Notes under the pieces: model-generated | Database searches by the model: none | Told to the model about the DNA's origin: nothing | Seen by the model: only the letters and a program-made list of their open reading frames with translations | In this document: piece by piece, positions 10,499 to 21,470 of the stretch | Layout of the letters: the number at the start of each line of letters is the position of its first letter | Numbering within the stretch: the stretch's first letter is position 1 | Made by a program: the position numbers and the translations under genes | Source of the DNA: an uncultured Clostridia bacterium | Lineage (GTDB): Bacteria; Bacillota; Clostridia; TANB77; CAG-508 | Assembly: GCA_944388705.1 (NCBI GenBank) | Contig: CALXJU010000005.1 | Coordinates: 1-61,528 of the forward strand | Reading direction: 5' to 3' | Length of the DNA: 61,528 nt

Positions 10499-13400
10499 TA
10501 GACTCATCCTCCTTTGTGTTTAGAATTTTAACAATTTTTGCTTCTCCATTATTTATAGATATAGCAAAATTTTTGTCTGTTATATCTTTTTTGATTTCTC
10601 CTGTGTTGTTAGAAATTCTAAAATTATATTGATTTGAAAATCCTTTTCCAATCCATATTCCGTCATCTGGATTTATATGATTTTTATACCATTTTTTTGC
10701 TGTTAGTATACTTATCTTTTTAAGTTCATCAAATATTATAAAGTTTACATTGTAATTTTTTGAACCTTTTTCTAATGCCAATTCTAATTTTTCTACTCTT
10801 ACATTATCTTTGTTTTCTAATAATGTTCTTATCGAATTTATTATAAATAATTTTTTTTGGAATGTTTCACATTGTGTTCCTGCTGATAATGCATCTTTAT
10901 ATTTATTATTTCTTTCTAATACCAATTGATATATTTCATCTATGAATTCTTCTGCTGATTTTGTTCCTACAACATGTCTTATTTTGCTATTTGTTACTTG
11001 TACTTCATCTGCTTCATCTACTAATGTAGTTTCTACATCTGTATATTCATTTGAGATGAAATTTGATATATCTTGTAAGAATTGCAAATAACTCTTATCT
11101 TCTGATAATATCATATTTATATAATGTTTTTCTGCATTTAAATAATGTATTTGTAATGTGTTTTTCTCCATTCCAATTGGTATATTTAAATTATTTTTTA
11201 CATATGGTTTTAAAATTTCTGGTGTTATTTTTCTTGGTAATACTGCAATTTTATTTGCTTCAAAACCACTATATTTATCTGTTAATTCTTTGCATTGTTC
11301 TCTTATAAATTTATATGGTGTACTTTCTGGAACAATTTTTGCAGTTTGGAATTCATAAATATTTTTATTTATTTTTACTAATCCTCTTCCTTCATAATGG
11401 CTAGGTACTAATCCACCAGTTTTTCCTAGAACCATTGTATAGTTTGATTCATCATTAAATTGTAATACAAGGCTTTGTCCGAAATTTTGTGATGTTCTAT
11501 ATTTCATAGCATTTGTAGAATTTAATGTTGCTACAAAATATATTCCATATTTGCTTCCTTCTCTTGTCAAATAATTTATTGCATCTTCTTTTTCTGGATA
11601 TGTTTCAGCAAATGCTGCATAATTATTAATTACTATTATTATATTTGGTACTTTTTCTTCACTTTCTTCTATATATGTTAAATATGAACCACCATATTCT
11701 GCAAATTTTCTTTTTCTTGTTTCTAATTCTTTATATAGTGTTTTAAATAAATTCGTTATTTTTTCTGCATCGTATGCTAACATTACATCTCCAATATGTG
11801 GTGCTTTTGCAAATGCATTTAATGTTCCTGATTCAAAATCTAATAAGTATAAATTAACTTCTCTTGGTGTGTGTTTATTTATTATTGAATATATCATTGT
11901 TGTTATTAACATTAATTTTCCACTACCTTGTGAACCATAAACCAATAGATTTCCTTGTTGTGTTATTGGTATTCTTAAATAACTTTGAGATTGATTTACT
12001 GGGTCATCATATTCTCCAATTACAGGTTTTATATCATATTGACTATCAAATATATTGTATTTTTCTTCTATTTCATTTAATAATATATTTTCACTAATTG
12101 GTGGTAACCATATTGGTTTTACTGATATATGTTCTTCTTCTGCAATTGAACTTATATGCATTGTTATTGCATCTAATTGCTTTTTAGGTGTGATTATATT
12201 TCCTTTATTTTTATTTAATTTTACTTGTTTTAATACTCTAGCATTGTTATCTATTATTGAAACACTATTATCTCTTTCTTCTACATATTTATCTACTGGA
12301 TAATATGGTGCTCCTGCCCATGCTGATTGTCCTAATTCAAATAATTCATTATAACCTACTTGCAAATAAAATCTTCCTGTTTCTTTTAGCATTGCCGCAT
12401 CAGGTCTTTTTAGCATGTCCATACTATCTGCTTTTTCTTGTACTTTTAAACATATTCTGAATTTTGAGTTACTCCAAATTTGGTCATCTACTACTCCATT
12501 TGGTTTTTGTGTTGCTAATATTAAATGTACACCTAAACTTCTTCCTATTCTCGCTGCACTTACTAATTCTGACATAAATTCTGGTCTTTGACTTTTTAAT
12601 TCTGCAAACTCGTCTGATATAATAAATAAATGTGGTAATGGTTCATCTACTTCATGTTCTCTATATAATTTTTGATATTTATATATATCTATATTGCTTG
12701 TACCTGTTTTTTTACTTGTTTGGTCAAATATCCTTTGTCTTCTTTTTAATTCACTATTTATTGATACTATTGCTCTATTTATTGATGCTCCATCTAAGTT
12801 TGTTATTATTCCTGCTACATGTGGAAGTTTTTCAAATGATTTTGCCATTCCTCCACCTTTATAATCTATTAGTATAAATGTTACTTCATCTGGGTGGTAG
12901 TTTACTGCAAGTGATAATATATATGTCATTATAAATTCTGATTTTCCGCTTCCTGTCATTCCTGCAACTAATCCATGTGGTCCATGGAATTTTTCATGTA
13001 AGTCTAATTTGAATAATTCTCCATATGTATCTACTCCTATTGGTGTTGCTAAACTTTTTGTTGGGTCATTATTTTTCCATCTGTTTAATATGTTTAAATG
13101 TTCTATTTTTCCAACTTGAAACATTTGTAAGAAGCTTATTAATGTTGGTAATTCATATCCATTTTCTAATGTGTCTAATAGTGTATTTGCTAATTTTATA
13201 CTTAATTTTTTAGGGTCTGCTGTTAAATATATATCAGGCTTAAATGTTAGGTTGTTTCCAGTTATGTCATTTCTTTCATACATTTTTGCTTCTTCTTGTA
13301 TTTCTATTACTGTTGTACATTCTTTTGGAAGTTCTTGCAATTCTTCAACAAAATTTATTACACTTATATTTAGATTTTCTTTTTCATTATATATCTGATT

Positions 13401-15068
13401 AATCATTTCTGATTTTAATGCTAGTTCTTTATCTAATGCAAATATTATGTAATAAGGCAACATATTTTCTTTTTTCTTATTGTTTGCTTGTATTCTTGTT
13501 GTTATTTCTCCATCTAAATAATATGATATTTCTTTTGCTTCATCAGCATTTGTTGCTATAAATCTAAAACTTTTATCATTTGTAAATGTGTGTGGTAACC
13601 ATTTTACAAATTCAAATTCATCTTTGTCTTTTTCATTATATAAAAATATCATTTTTACTTCATCATAACTGTATAATGCTGCCAATTGGAATATTAGTCC
13701 TTTTGCAAATTCTTTTACTTTTTTGCAATCTCCTATTACCCCTGAAATATAGTCATCATACAATGATACTGTTATTGGAACATTTTCTAGTATTTTAGGC
13801 TTTTCACAAAATTCATACATTTTATCTTGTAAATTGTCTTCTTTTAAAGAAAATCTTTTTTCAGGATATGATATTTCTGCATCTAATGGTTTATTTCCTA
13901 TTCCTATTCTTAATTTCAGGAAGTCATTTTGTCCTATTTCTCTTTCCCATAATGTTCTTTTTGTTTTTAGTATTCTATCTTCACATTCATCAATTGTAAC
14001 AAAATTTTCTTTTAGAATTTGTCTTTGTTTTTCTTGTTCTTTTTCAATTTCTTGTTCTACATCTCCTAGATATTTTATGTATTTTTCTTGTCTATATTTT
14101 TCTTGTTTTTTTCTTGCTCCTTTTTCATATACTTTTGTTACCATTGGCCACAATAATGTTCCTAATAACATACTTCCTGACATTACTATTGATGGCATAT
14201 ATGATTGTATATTTCCACTTGTTATTGCATTACTTATTGTAAATCCTGTTGTTGTCATTGAAGCTAATCCCATTGTTACTGATGGTCCTATTGTTAATGC
14301 TGCTGGCATTTTTTCTCCTGTTTCTCTTTCTGGTGGATTGTCTATTTTGAATTTTGCTTCTTCTATATCTCTTTTAAATCTTGGTGACCTATAAAAGTAT
14401 TCTCTTTGCATTTCTTCAATTTCTTCAATTTCTTCATCTTCTTCATTATTATCAAATGGATTAAATTTATCTTCAGGCGTTTCTTGAAAAACGCCTTCTT
14501 TTATTGTTACTTTTCCATCTGGATTATTTATCATAATAAAGTCATAAAATACGATTATTTTTAATCCCATTATATATATTACATCACCAAAGTCTAAGTC
14601 TTTTGCTTTTTCTTTTTTACCATTTATAAATATTCCATTTGTGCTATTATTATCTTTTATTAACCAATATTTATTGTGATATGCAAGTTTTGCATGTACT
14701 GAAGATACAAAATCATTTTTGAAACATATTGCATTTTCTTCACTTCTTCCTATTGATATTCCTATATCTTTTTCTATTACTTTTTTTGTATATATTTGTC
14801 TATCTTCTGTCAATGGTTCTGTGAATATTAGTCCTATTGTTTCTCCTTTTTGTATTTTGATTATTGTGTTTTCTTTTAATTCTATTGTTTTTTCTTTGTG
14901 TTCTAGTATTTTTACTTTTTTACTAGATTTTAGTTCCCATTTTTCGTTACTTCCTTCTATACTTATTATTTCTTTTTCTTCATCTGTTCCTAACCAAAAT
15001 TGTCCTTCTTTTTTGTTCGGAAGTGTAATAGTGTTTAATTTTTCTTTGTATATTAATGTTACTATCAT
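10491..15068 (-). CDS. essC: Type VII secretion ATPase EssC (FHA + 2 TM + FtsK/SpoIIIE domains)
   Basis: FHA domain, YRSPR, two TM helices, HGPHGLVAGMTGSGKSE, DEFAELK, second Walker A GSQGSGK, degenerate third ATPase domain. Confidence 0.95.
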   Translation of the reverse strand: MIVTLIYKEKLNTITLPNKKEGQFWLGTDEEKEIISIEGSNEKWELKSSKKVKILEHKEKTIELKENTIIKIQKGETIGLIFTEPLTEDRQIYTKKVIEKDIGISIGRSEENAICFKNDFVSSVHAKLAYHNKYWLIKDNNSTNGIFINGKKEKAKDLDFGDVIYIMGLKIIVFYDFIMINNPDGKVTIKEGVFQETPEDKFNPFDNNEEDEEIEEIEEMQREYFYRSPRFKRDIEEAKFKIDNPPERETGEKMPAALTIGPSVTMGLASMTTTGFTISNAITSGNIQSYMPSIVMSGSMLLGTLLWPMVTKVYEKGARKKQEKYRQEKYIKYLGDVEQEIEKEQEKQRQILKENFVTIDECEDRILKTKRTLWEREIGQNDFLKLRIGIGNKPLDAEISYPEKRFSLKEDNLQDKMYEFCEKPKILENVPITVSLYDDYISGVIGDCKKVKEFAKGLIFQLAALYSYDEVKMIFLYNEKDKDEFEFVKWLPHTFTNDKSFRFIATNADEAKEISYYLDGEITTRIQANNKKKENMLPYYIIFALDKELALKSEMINQIYNEKENLNISVINFVEELQELPKECTTVIEIQEEAKMYERNDITGNNLTFKPDIYLTADPKKLSIKLANTLLDTLENGYELPTLISFLQMFQVGKIEHLNILNRWKNNDPTKSLATPIGVDTYGELFKLDLHEKFHGPHGLVAGMTGSGKSEFIMTYILSLAVNYHPDEVTFILIDYKGGGMAKSFEKLPHVAGIITNLDGASINRAIVSINSELKRRQRIFDQTSKKTGTSNIDIYKYQKLYREHEVDEPLPHLFIISDEFAELKSQRPEFMSELVSAARIGRSLGVHLILATQKPNGVVDDQIWSNSKFRICLKVQEKADSMDMLKRPDAAMLKETGRFYLQVGYNELFELGQSAWAGAPYYPVDKYVEERDNSVSIIDNNARVLKQVKLNKNKGNIITPKKQLDAITMHISSIAEEEHISVKPIWLPPISENILLNEIEEKYNIFDSQYDIKPVIGEYDDPVNQSQSYLRIPITQQGNLLVYGSQGSGKLMLITTMIYSIINKHTPREVNLYLLDFESGTLNAFAKAPHIGDVMLAYDAEKITNLFKTLYKELETRKRKFAEYGGSYLTYIEESEEKVPNIIIVINNYAAFAETYPEKEDAINYLTREGSKYGIYFVATLNSTNAMKYRTSQNFGQSLVLQFNDESNYTMVLGKTGGLVPSHYEGRGLVKINKNIYEFQTAKIVPESTPYKFIREQCKELTDKYSGFEANKIAVLPRKITPEILKPYVKNNLNIPIGMEKNTLQIHYLNAEKHYINMILSEDKSYLQFLQDISNFISNEYTDVETTLVDEADEVQVTNSKIRHVVGTKSAEEFIDEIYQLVLERNNKYKDALSAGTQCETFQKKLFIINSIRTLLENKDNVRVEKLELALEKGSKNYNVNFIIFDELKKISILTAKKWYKNHINPDDGIWIGKGFSNQYNFRISNNTGEIKKDITDKNFAISINNGEAKIVKILNTKEDESNE

Positions 15069-15094
15069 TTTTTCCTCCTACTATATTTCTTGGT

Positions 15095-17650
15095 TTATTT
15101 AGCTTTATATCTATAAAGTGTTCTTGTTCTTACTTCTGTTGAATCATTTGATGTTGCTACTGTATCACTATATGCAGTCCAATCTGACCATTTGTAGTAA
15201 TAGTATGTCGAACTAAGTATTTCTTTAACTGAATATGTATAAAGTATTGAAGTACCTGTATATCCCCATGCATCAAGTCCGCACTCTGAACATATATTTC
15301 CTATTGCATATAGAGTTTCTGAAGAAACAGTATTAACATTTGCTAATTTTGTACTCTTTTCAGCAATTGAAGCTGCACTTTGTATTTGGGTTTGTGCCCC
15401 TTCTGGAAAATCTGGATATGTACCTGATGCATACCAAACTCCATTATATAAAGCACATCTATGTTGATATCCATACATAGTTTTTTTACTCTTTATTGTA
15501 AATTCTTCTTTATCTGTATTTTCATAAATTGAATCATAAGAAAATTTGCCATAACTCTTACCATACACCCTTTTCACATCATATTGAGTCCAACCATCTA
15601 AAGAACTATTTGCTGATGTTGTAGTTTGTTTTGTTCTATAACTATATTGCGTTTTAGTTTCTATGTTGTAATTATTTGCTGTGACTCCACTTGGTAAACT
15701 TTCTACCCATCCTGACCATTCTTTATTTTGAATTACATTATTATTGGTTTGTTGGTTATTTTGATTGTTATCCTCCTGTTCTTGAACTTCTACTCCTAAA
15801 CTAACTAGTACTTCTATAGTCATCCCTAAATTAACTTCTTGACCTTCTGGTGTCATTTGACTTATTATTATATCTTTTTCTACATCATTACTATATTGCC
15901 CTGTTGCATTTATTGGTAACCCCATTGCTGTTAATTGTTGTATTGCATCATTTATATTCATTCCTACTACATTTGGTACTATTACTTTTTGTTTTGATAC
16001 TGCTACTTTTATTGTTACTGTTGTTCCTTTTGCTACTTCTTGATTTTCTTGTATTGATTGTTCTAATACTTTTCCTATTTGTGTTTCATCTTCTACTTCT
16101 TCATATTCATATTGTATTTCTAATTCTAATTCATCTATTTTTTGTGTTGCTTCTTCACTTGTCAATCCTACAACTTGAATCATTCTTACATTTTCTATTA
16201 CTGGTACTTGTTCTTCTTCTTTTTTGAATTTTGGAATAAATATAATTCCCAATACTATTAAAATTACTAGTAATGCTAGAATTATTTTATATCTATTATT
16301 TTTTATCTTTATCCATATTGGACTTTTGATTTTCTCTTCTTTTTTTGGTCTTTCTTTTATTTTTACATTTTGTTTTTCTTCTTTGATATCTTCTTGTACG
16401 ACTTCTTCTTTTATTTTATTTTTTTCTATTTCATTATTATCTACTTTATCTTGTTGCACTTCTTTTTCAGCAATTGGTTCATCCTCATTCTCTACAACTT
16501 CATTTATTGGTTGTTTTTCAATAACCTCTTCATCTTGATGAACATCATTTATTTCATTAATACCCATTCCCACTGTCATATCTAATTGGTCTTTTGGTTG
16601 TTCACTTTCAAAAACACTTAATGTACCATTATGGCTATCTGATTTTGTATTTTCTATAAATAATTTATTCATCTTTTTTTCATTAAAATCAAATAGTATT
16701 TTAGGTTTATCTATTTGGTCATATACTTTTTGTAAATCTGTTTTCAATTCTGTTGCACTCGAATATCTGTCTTTTGGATAATAATTACATGCTTTTAATA
16801 TTATTTCTGCTATCTCCCTTATTGCATTTTGCGGTGCCGGCATTTTTTCTCCTGATATCCTTTTATATAGTGCTTCTTCTCTAGCTTCCATTGTTATTTC
16901 TTCAGGATAATTTGGCAAAAATGGCAATCTGTTATAATTAAAATATCTATATAGCATTATTCCTAATGAATATGTGTCAACTGTTCTATTTCCTTTTTCA
17001 TTTTTATATAGCTCTGGTGCCATATAATTTTCTGTTCCTTTTTTAGACATATTTGATATTGTTTTATCTATATGTTTTGCTATACCAAAATCCCCTACTT
17101 TGTAAATTCCTTTTTTATTTACAAATATGTTGTCAGGTTTTATATCTCTATGTACTACATTGTTTTCTTCACAATCTTCTAATGCTGTTGCTACATCTAT
17201 TGCCATTTTTATTGCTTCTTTATCTGTAATGTTATTTTCTAAAATATAGGCATCTAAATTTTTTAGTAACTCCATTTTTATGTTTATTATAAAGCCAATT
17301 TCATTTTTCTTTGGAATAATTTCATAATCTTCTATACTTACAATATTTTCACTATCTTTAAATATAGACATGAATTTGATTTCTTCTACCCATTTTTGTA
17401 CAGATTTCTCATAATATCTTGTAATATCATTTTGTGTCATTCCTTCTGTTTTAAGTGTTTGTATTTCTGATTTGGTTTGTGGAATTTCGATTTGTTTTAT
17501 TGCTGAATATGTTGCTATTCCAAATTCTTCTTTTTTGACTTTATATACTTTTCCATATGAACCTTCGCCTATTAGTTCTTCTTCTTTCCATGTTTCTTTA
17601 AAAAATGTTTTCTTTTCTTGAATTTGTTTTTTCTTTTTTATTCCTAACAT
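15095..17650 (-). CDS. Hanks-type Ser/Thr kinase with TM, two PASTA domains and variable C-terminal extracellular domain
   Basis: IGEGSYGKVY, AIK, HRDIKPDN, DFG, YMAPE; TM helix; PASTA repeats (VPNVVGM). Confidence 0.93.
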   Translation of the reverse strand: MLGIKKKKQIQEKKTFFKETWKEEELIGEGSYGKVYKVKKEEFGIATYSAIKQIEIPQTKSEIQTLKTEGMTQNDITRYYEKSVQKWVEEIKFMSIFKDSENIVSIEDYEIIPKKNEIGFIINIKMELLKNLDAYILENNITDKEAIKMAIDVATALEDCEENNVVHRDIKPDNIFVNKKGIYKVGDFGIAKHIDKTISNMSKKGTENYMAPELYKNEKGNRTVDTYSLGIMLYRYFNYNRLPFLPNYPEEITMEAREEALYKRISGEKMPAPQNAIREIAEIILKACNYYPKDRYSSATELKTDLQKVYDQIDKPKILFDFNEKKMNKLFIENTKSDSHNGTLSVFESEQPKDQLDMTVGMGINEINDVHQDEEVIEKQPINEVVENEDEPIAEKEVQQDKVDNNEIEKNKIKEEVVQEDIKEEKQNVKIKERPKKEEKIKSPIWIKIKNNRYKIILALLVILIVLGIIFIPKFKKEEEQVPVIENVRMIQVVGLTSEEATQKIDELELEIQYEYEEVEDETQIGKVLEQSIQENQEVAKGTTVTIKVAVSKQKVIVPNVVGMNINDAIQQLTAMGLPINATGQYSNDVEKDIIISQMTPEGQEVNLGMTIEVLVSLGVEVQEQEDNNQNNQQTNNNVIQNKEWSGWVESLPSGVTANNYNIETKTQYSYRTKQTTTSANSSLDGWTQYDVKRVYGKSYGKFSYDSIYENTDKEEFTIKSKKTMYGYQHRCALYNGVWYASGTYPDFPEGAQTQIQSAASIAEKSTKLANVNTVSSETLYAIGNICSECGLDAWGYTGTSILYTYSVKEILSSTYYYYKWSDWTAYSDTVATSNDSTEVRTRTLYRYKAK

Positions 17651-17670
17651 CTTTTATCCCTTCTCACCAT

Positions 17671-20247
17671 TTACTTTGCTTGATATCTATACAATGTCCT
17701 AGTTTCTTCCTCGCCATTACTTCTAGTATCCAACCAATCTGTATATTTATAATAATTATATATTATAGTTTTATTTCTTGTCTGATATTTATAACTTCCT
17801 GTTGTAGATGAACTCTGCACGTACCATGAACTTAAAATACATTGGCTACATTTACTTCCATTTTTCAATCCTTTTATAGTTGAATCATTTGAAAATTCTT
17901 CTGTTGTTGTTAATGTATGTCTTTCTTTTAATAAAACTGTAACAGAAGAATTATTATCATCTAAATTTACAGTCTTATCTGATGCTACTCCTTCATATAC
18001 AACTCCAGTTGAATTATTTTTGGTTTTTGTATGCCAATGATAATATACATATGTTGTTACTGCATCAGAAGATGTTATTCTTAAAGTATCTGATTCATTT
18101 GGTTTAGTTTTGCTTGATTTTATAGAACTCCAATCTGAATATGAAACTGTATTTACTCCATTTTGTATCCAACCATTTAAACTATTACTTGTAGAAGTTG
18201 TATATGTTTTATATCTATATTGAGTTTTTGTTTCTATATTATAATTATTTGCTGTAACTCCACTTGGTAAACTTTCTACCCATCCTGACCATTCCTTATT
18301 TTGACTATCACTATTATTACTTGGACTATTAGTTTGTTGAGTATTTTGATTATTATTATTTGTTGTTTGGTCATCATTATTTGTATTATTATTATTATTG
18401 TTATCTTGTCCTTGAAGTTCTGCTCCTAAACTAACTAACACTTCTATAGTCATTCCTAAGTTAACTTCTTGACCTTCTGGTATCATCTGACTTATTATTA
18501 TATCTTTTTCTACATCATTACTATATTGCCCTGTTGCATTTATTGGTAATCCCATCGATGTTAATTGTTGTATTGCATCATTTATATTCATTCCTACTAC
18601 ATTTGGTACTACTACTTTTTGTTTTGATACTGCTACTTTTATTGTTACTGTTGTTCCTTTTGCTACTTCTTGATTTTCTTGTATTGATTGTTCTAATACT
18701 TTTCCTATTTGTGTTTCATCTTCTACTTCTTCATATTCATATTGTATTTCTAATTCTAATTCATCTATTTTTTGTGTTGCTTCTTCACTTGTCAATCCTA
18801 CAACTTGAATCATTCTTACATTTTCTATTACTGGTACTTGTTCTTCTTCTTTTTTGAATTTTGGAATAAATATAATTCCCAATACTATTAAAATTACTAG
18901 TAATGCTAGAATTATTTTATATCTATTATTTTTTATCTTTATCCATATTGGACTTTTGATTTTCTCTTCTTTTTTTGGTCTTTCTTGTTCTTCTACTGGT
19001 TCTTCTTGCACTTCTTCAGTAGGAATTTCATTTTGTTCTTTTTCCTCGATGTCTGTCTCTTGATTTACAGATTGTTCTTCTTTCACATTTTCTGTAATTT
19101 CTTCCACAGGTTGTTCAGGTATTTGTTCTACATTTATTTGTTCATTTACAATTTCATTAACTCCAATACCAACTGTCATTTCTAATTTATCTTTTGCTGT
19201 TTCATCTTCAAAAACACTTAAAGTTCCATTATGACTATCTGATTTTGTATTTTCTATAAATAATTTATTCATCTGTTTTTCATTAAAATCAAATAATGTT
19301 TTGGGCTTATCTATTTGGTCATATACTTTTTGTAAATCTGTTTTCAATTCTGTTGCACTTGAATATCTATCTTTTGGATAATAACTACATGCTTTTAATA
19401 TTATTTCTGCAATCTCTCTTGGTGCATTTTGTGGTGCCGGCATTTTTTCTCCTGATATTCTTTTATATAGTGCTTCTTCTCTTGAATCTATAGTTATTTT
19501 TTCTGGATAATTTGGTAAAAATGGTAATCTGTTATAATTAAAATATCTGTATAACATTATTCCCAATGAATATATATCAACTGTTCTATTTCCTTTTTCA
19601 TTTTTATATAGTTCTGGCGCCATATAATTTTCTGTTCCTTTTTTAGACATATTTGAAACAGTTTTTTCTATATGTTTTGCTATACCAAAATCCCCTACTT
19701 TGTAAATTCCTTTTTTATTTACAAATATGTTGTCAGGTTTTATATCTCTATGTACTACATTGTTTTCTTCACAATCTTCTAATGCTGTTGCTACATCTAT
19801 TGCCATTTTTAGAATTTCTTTATCTGTAATGTTATTTTCTAAAATATATGCATCTAAGTTTTTTAGTAATTCCATTCTTATATTTATTATCCAGCCAATT
19901 TCATTTTTCTTTTTGTTGATTTCATAATCTTCTATTGTTACAATATTTTCACTGTCTTTAAATATAGACATGAATTTAATTTCTTCTACCCATTTTTGAA
20001 CAGTATTTTCATAATAACTAGTTATATCATTTTGTGTCATTCCTTCTGTTTTTAATGTCTGAATTTCTGCTTTTGTTTGTGGTATTTCTATTTGTTTTAT
20101 TGCTGAATATGTTGCTATTCCAAACTCTTCTTTTTTCGCTTTATATACTTTTCCGTATGAGCCTTCACCTATTAATTCTTCTTCTTTCCATTGCTCATTA
20201 AAAAATGTTTTTACCTCTTGTTCTTTTTTGCGTTTTTTTCCAAACAT
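17671..20247 (-). CDS. Paralogous Ser/Thr kinase with TM, PASTA domains and a different C-terminal tip
   Basis: Same catalytic motifs; tandem paralog of 15095..17650. Confidence 0.93.
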   Translation of the reverse strand: MFGKKRKKEQEVKTFFNEQWKEEELIGEGSYGKVYKAKKEEFGIATYSAIKQIEIPQTKAEIQTLKTEGMTQNDITSYYENTVQKWVEEIKFMSIFKDSENIVTIEDYEINKKKNEIGWIINIRMELLKNLDAYILENNITDKEILKMAIDVATALEDCEENNVVHRDIKPDNIFVNKKGIYKVGDFGIAKHIEKTVSNMSKKGTENYMAPELYKNEKGNRTVDIYSLGIMLYRYFNYNRLPFLPNYPEKITIDSREEALYKRISGEKMPAPQNAPREIAEIILKACSYYPKDRYSSATELKTDLQKVYDQIDKPKTLFDFNEKQMNKLFIENTKSDSHNGTLSVFEDETAKDKLEMTVGIGVNEIVNEQINVEQIPEQPVEEITENVKEEQSVNQETDIEEKEQNEIPTEEVQEEPVEEQERPKKEEKIKSPIWIKIKNNRYKIILALLVILIVLGIIFIPKFKKEEEQVPVIENVRMIQVVGLTSEEATQKIDELELEIQYEYEEVEDETQIGKVLEQSIQENQEVAKGTTVTIKVAVSKQKVVVPNVVGMNINDAIQQLTSMGLPINATGQYSNDVEKDIIISQMIPEGQEVNLGMTIEVLVSLGAELQGQDNNNNNNTNNDDQTTNNNNQNTQQTNSPSNNSDSQNKEWSGWVESLPSGVTANNYNIETKTQYRYKTYTTSTSNSLNGWIQNGVNTVSYSDWSSIKSSKTKPNESDTLRITSSDAVTTYVYYHWHTKTKNNSTGVVYEGVASDKTVNLDDNNSSVTVLLKERHTLTTTEEFSNDSTIKGLKNGSKCSQCILSSWYVQSSSTTGSYKYQTRNKTIIYNYYKYTDWLDTRSNGEEETRTLYRYQAK

Positions 20248-20259
20248 CTTTCTTCCCCC

Positions 20260-21330
20260 TTATTTTGGAAATACTTTTATTGTTTTATTGTATAATATTT
20301 GTCCATCTTTATCTTTTATTGTAATTGTACTTGTTCCTTCTTTTTTGGCTATTATTTTTCCATCATTATATTCAATATTATCATTATTTATTTCTATTTC
20401 TGCCTTGCCTTCATATTCAAATTCATAACTTTGTCCAACTATTACAGAACCTGGATATTCATCTTTTATAATTTTAAATTCATTTCCTTTCATCATCATT
20501 GAAAATATTATAATAGCTACTATTAAAACAACTATTATAGGTATTATTTTTTTATAATTTTTACCTTTGTTTTTTTGTATTTCTAATACTATTACTGTTA
20601 TATTGTCTGTTCCGCCTCTTTCTAGTGCAATTCTTATTAATTCTTCTACTATTTCTTTTACTTCTCTTTTTTGTGATAATATTACTTCTATTTCTCTATC
20701 TTCTAACATATCTGTTAGACCATCACTACATATTAATATTTTTTCATATTCATCATATTCTATTTTATTTATATATGGTTTTAATATCATTTCATCTTTT
20801 CTTATTCCTAAATGTTGTGTTAGTCTTGCTTTATGTCCTGTATTTATTTGTAATCTTTCTTGCATTTTTGCTTCTGTATGGTCTTCTGATATTTGTTCTA
20901 ATGTTTTTCCTTTTAAACCATATATTCTACTATCTCCAATATTACAAACACTAATTTTGTCTTTTAAAAATTGAGTTGCTGCTATTGTAGTTCCCATTCT
21001 AGCATTACCACTCATTTCTTCACATATTTTTCTATTTGCTTCTTCTATATATTCTCTCCATCTGAATTCTCTATTAACATTTTTTTGTATATATTCTTTT
21101 AATGTTGATGTTGCTAAATATGACGCTCTTTCTCCTCTTACTTCTCCACCCATTCCATCAAAAACCGCACATATTATGTTATCTATGTTTTCAAATTGCA
21201 TAGTTAATGTTTTACTATTTCCTTCATTTTCTTCTTTTAATGTTTTAAAATTAAAATAATAATTATCTTCATTATTTTTTCTTACTTTTCCTATTACTGA
21301 CTTACATGCACCATTTATTATATAACTCAT
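20260..21330 (-). CDS. PP2C/PrpC-type Ser/Thr phosphatase with C-terminal TM and Ig-like domain
   Basis: RKNNED, VFDGMGG, NIGDSR, CSDGL, DNIT motifs; AGGAG RBS before MSYII (21330). Confidence 0.92.
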   Translation of the reverse strand: MSYIINGACKSVIGKVRKNNEDNYYFNFKTLKEENEGNSKTLTMQFENIDNIICAVFDGMGGEVRGERASYLATSTLKEYIQKNVNREFRWREYIEEANRKICEEMSGNARMGTTIAATQFLKDKISVCNIGDSRIYGLKGKTLEQISEDHTEAKMQERLQINTGHKARLTQHLGIRKDEMILKPYINKIEYDEYEKILICSDGLTDMLEDREIEVILSQKREVKEIVEELIRIALERGGTDNITVIVLEIQKNKGKNYKKIIPIIVVLIVAIIIFSMMMKGNEFKIIKDEYPGSVIVGQSYEFEYEGKAEIEINNDNIEYNDGKIIAKKEGTSTITIKDKDGQILYNKTIKVFPK

Positions 21331-21470
21331 TTTTTTCTCCTTTTCTTCAGTATTAGTTATATCACAAATTACTTTTTTATACAATGTTTTTTGTTGTTTT
21401 TTTATGTCTTTTTTTGACATTCAAAAAGCGATGTATTTATAATTTACATCGCCTATTTATATCCTATTTT

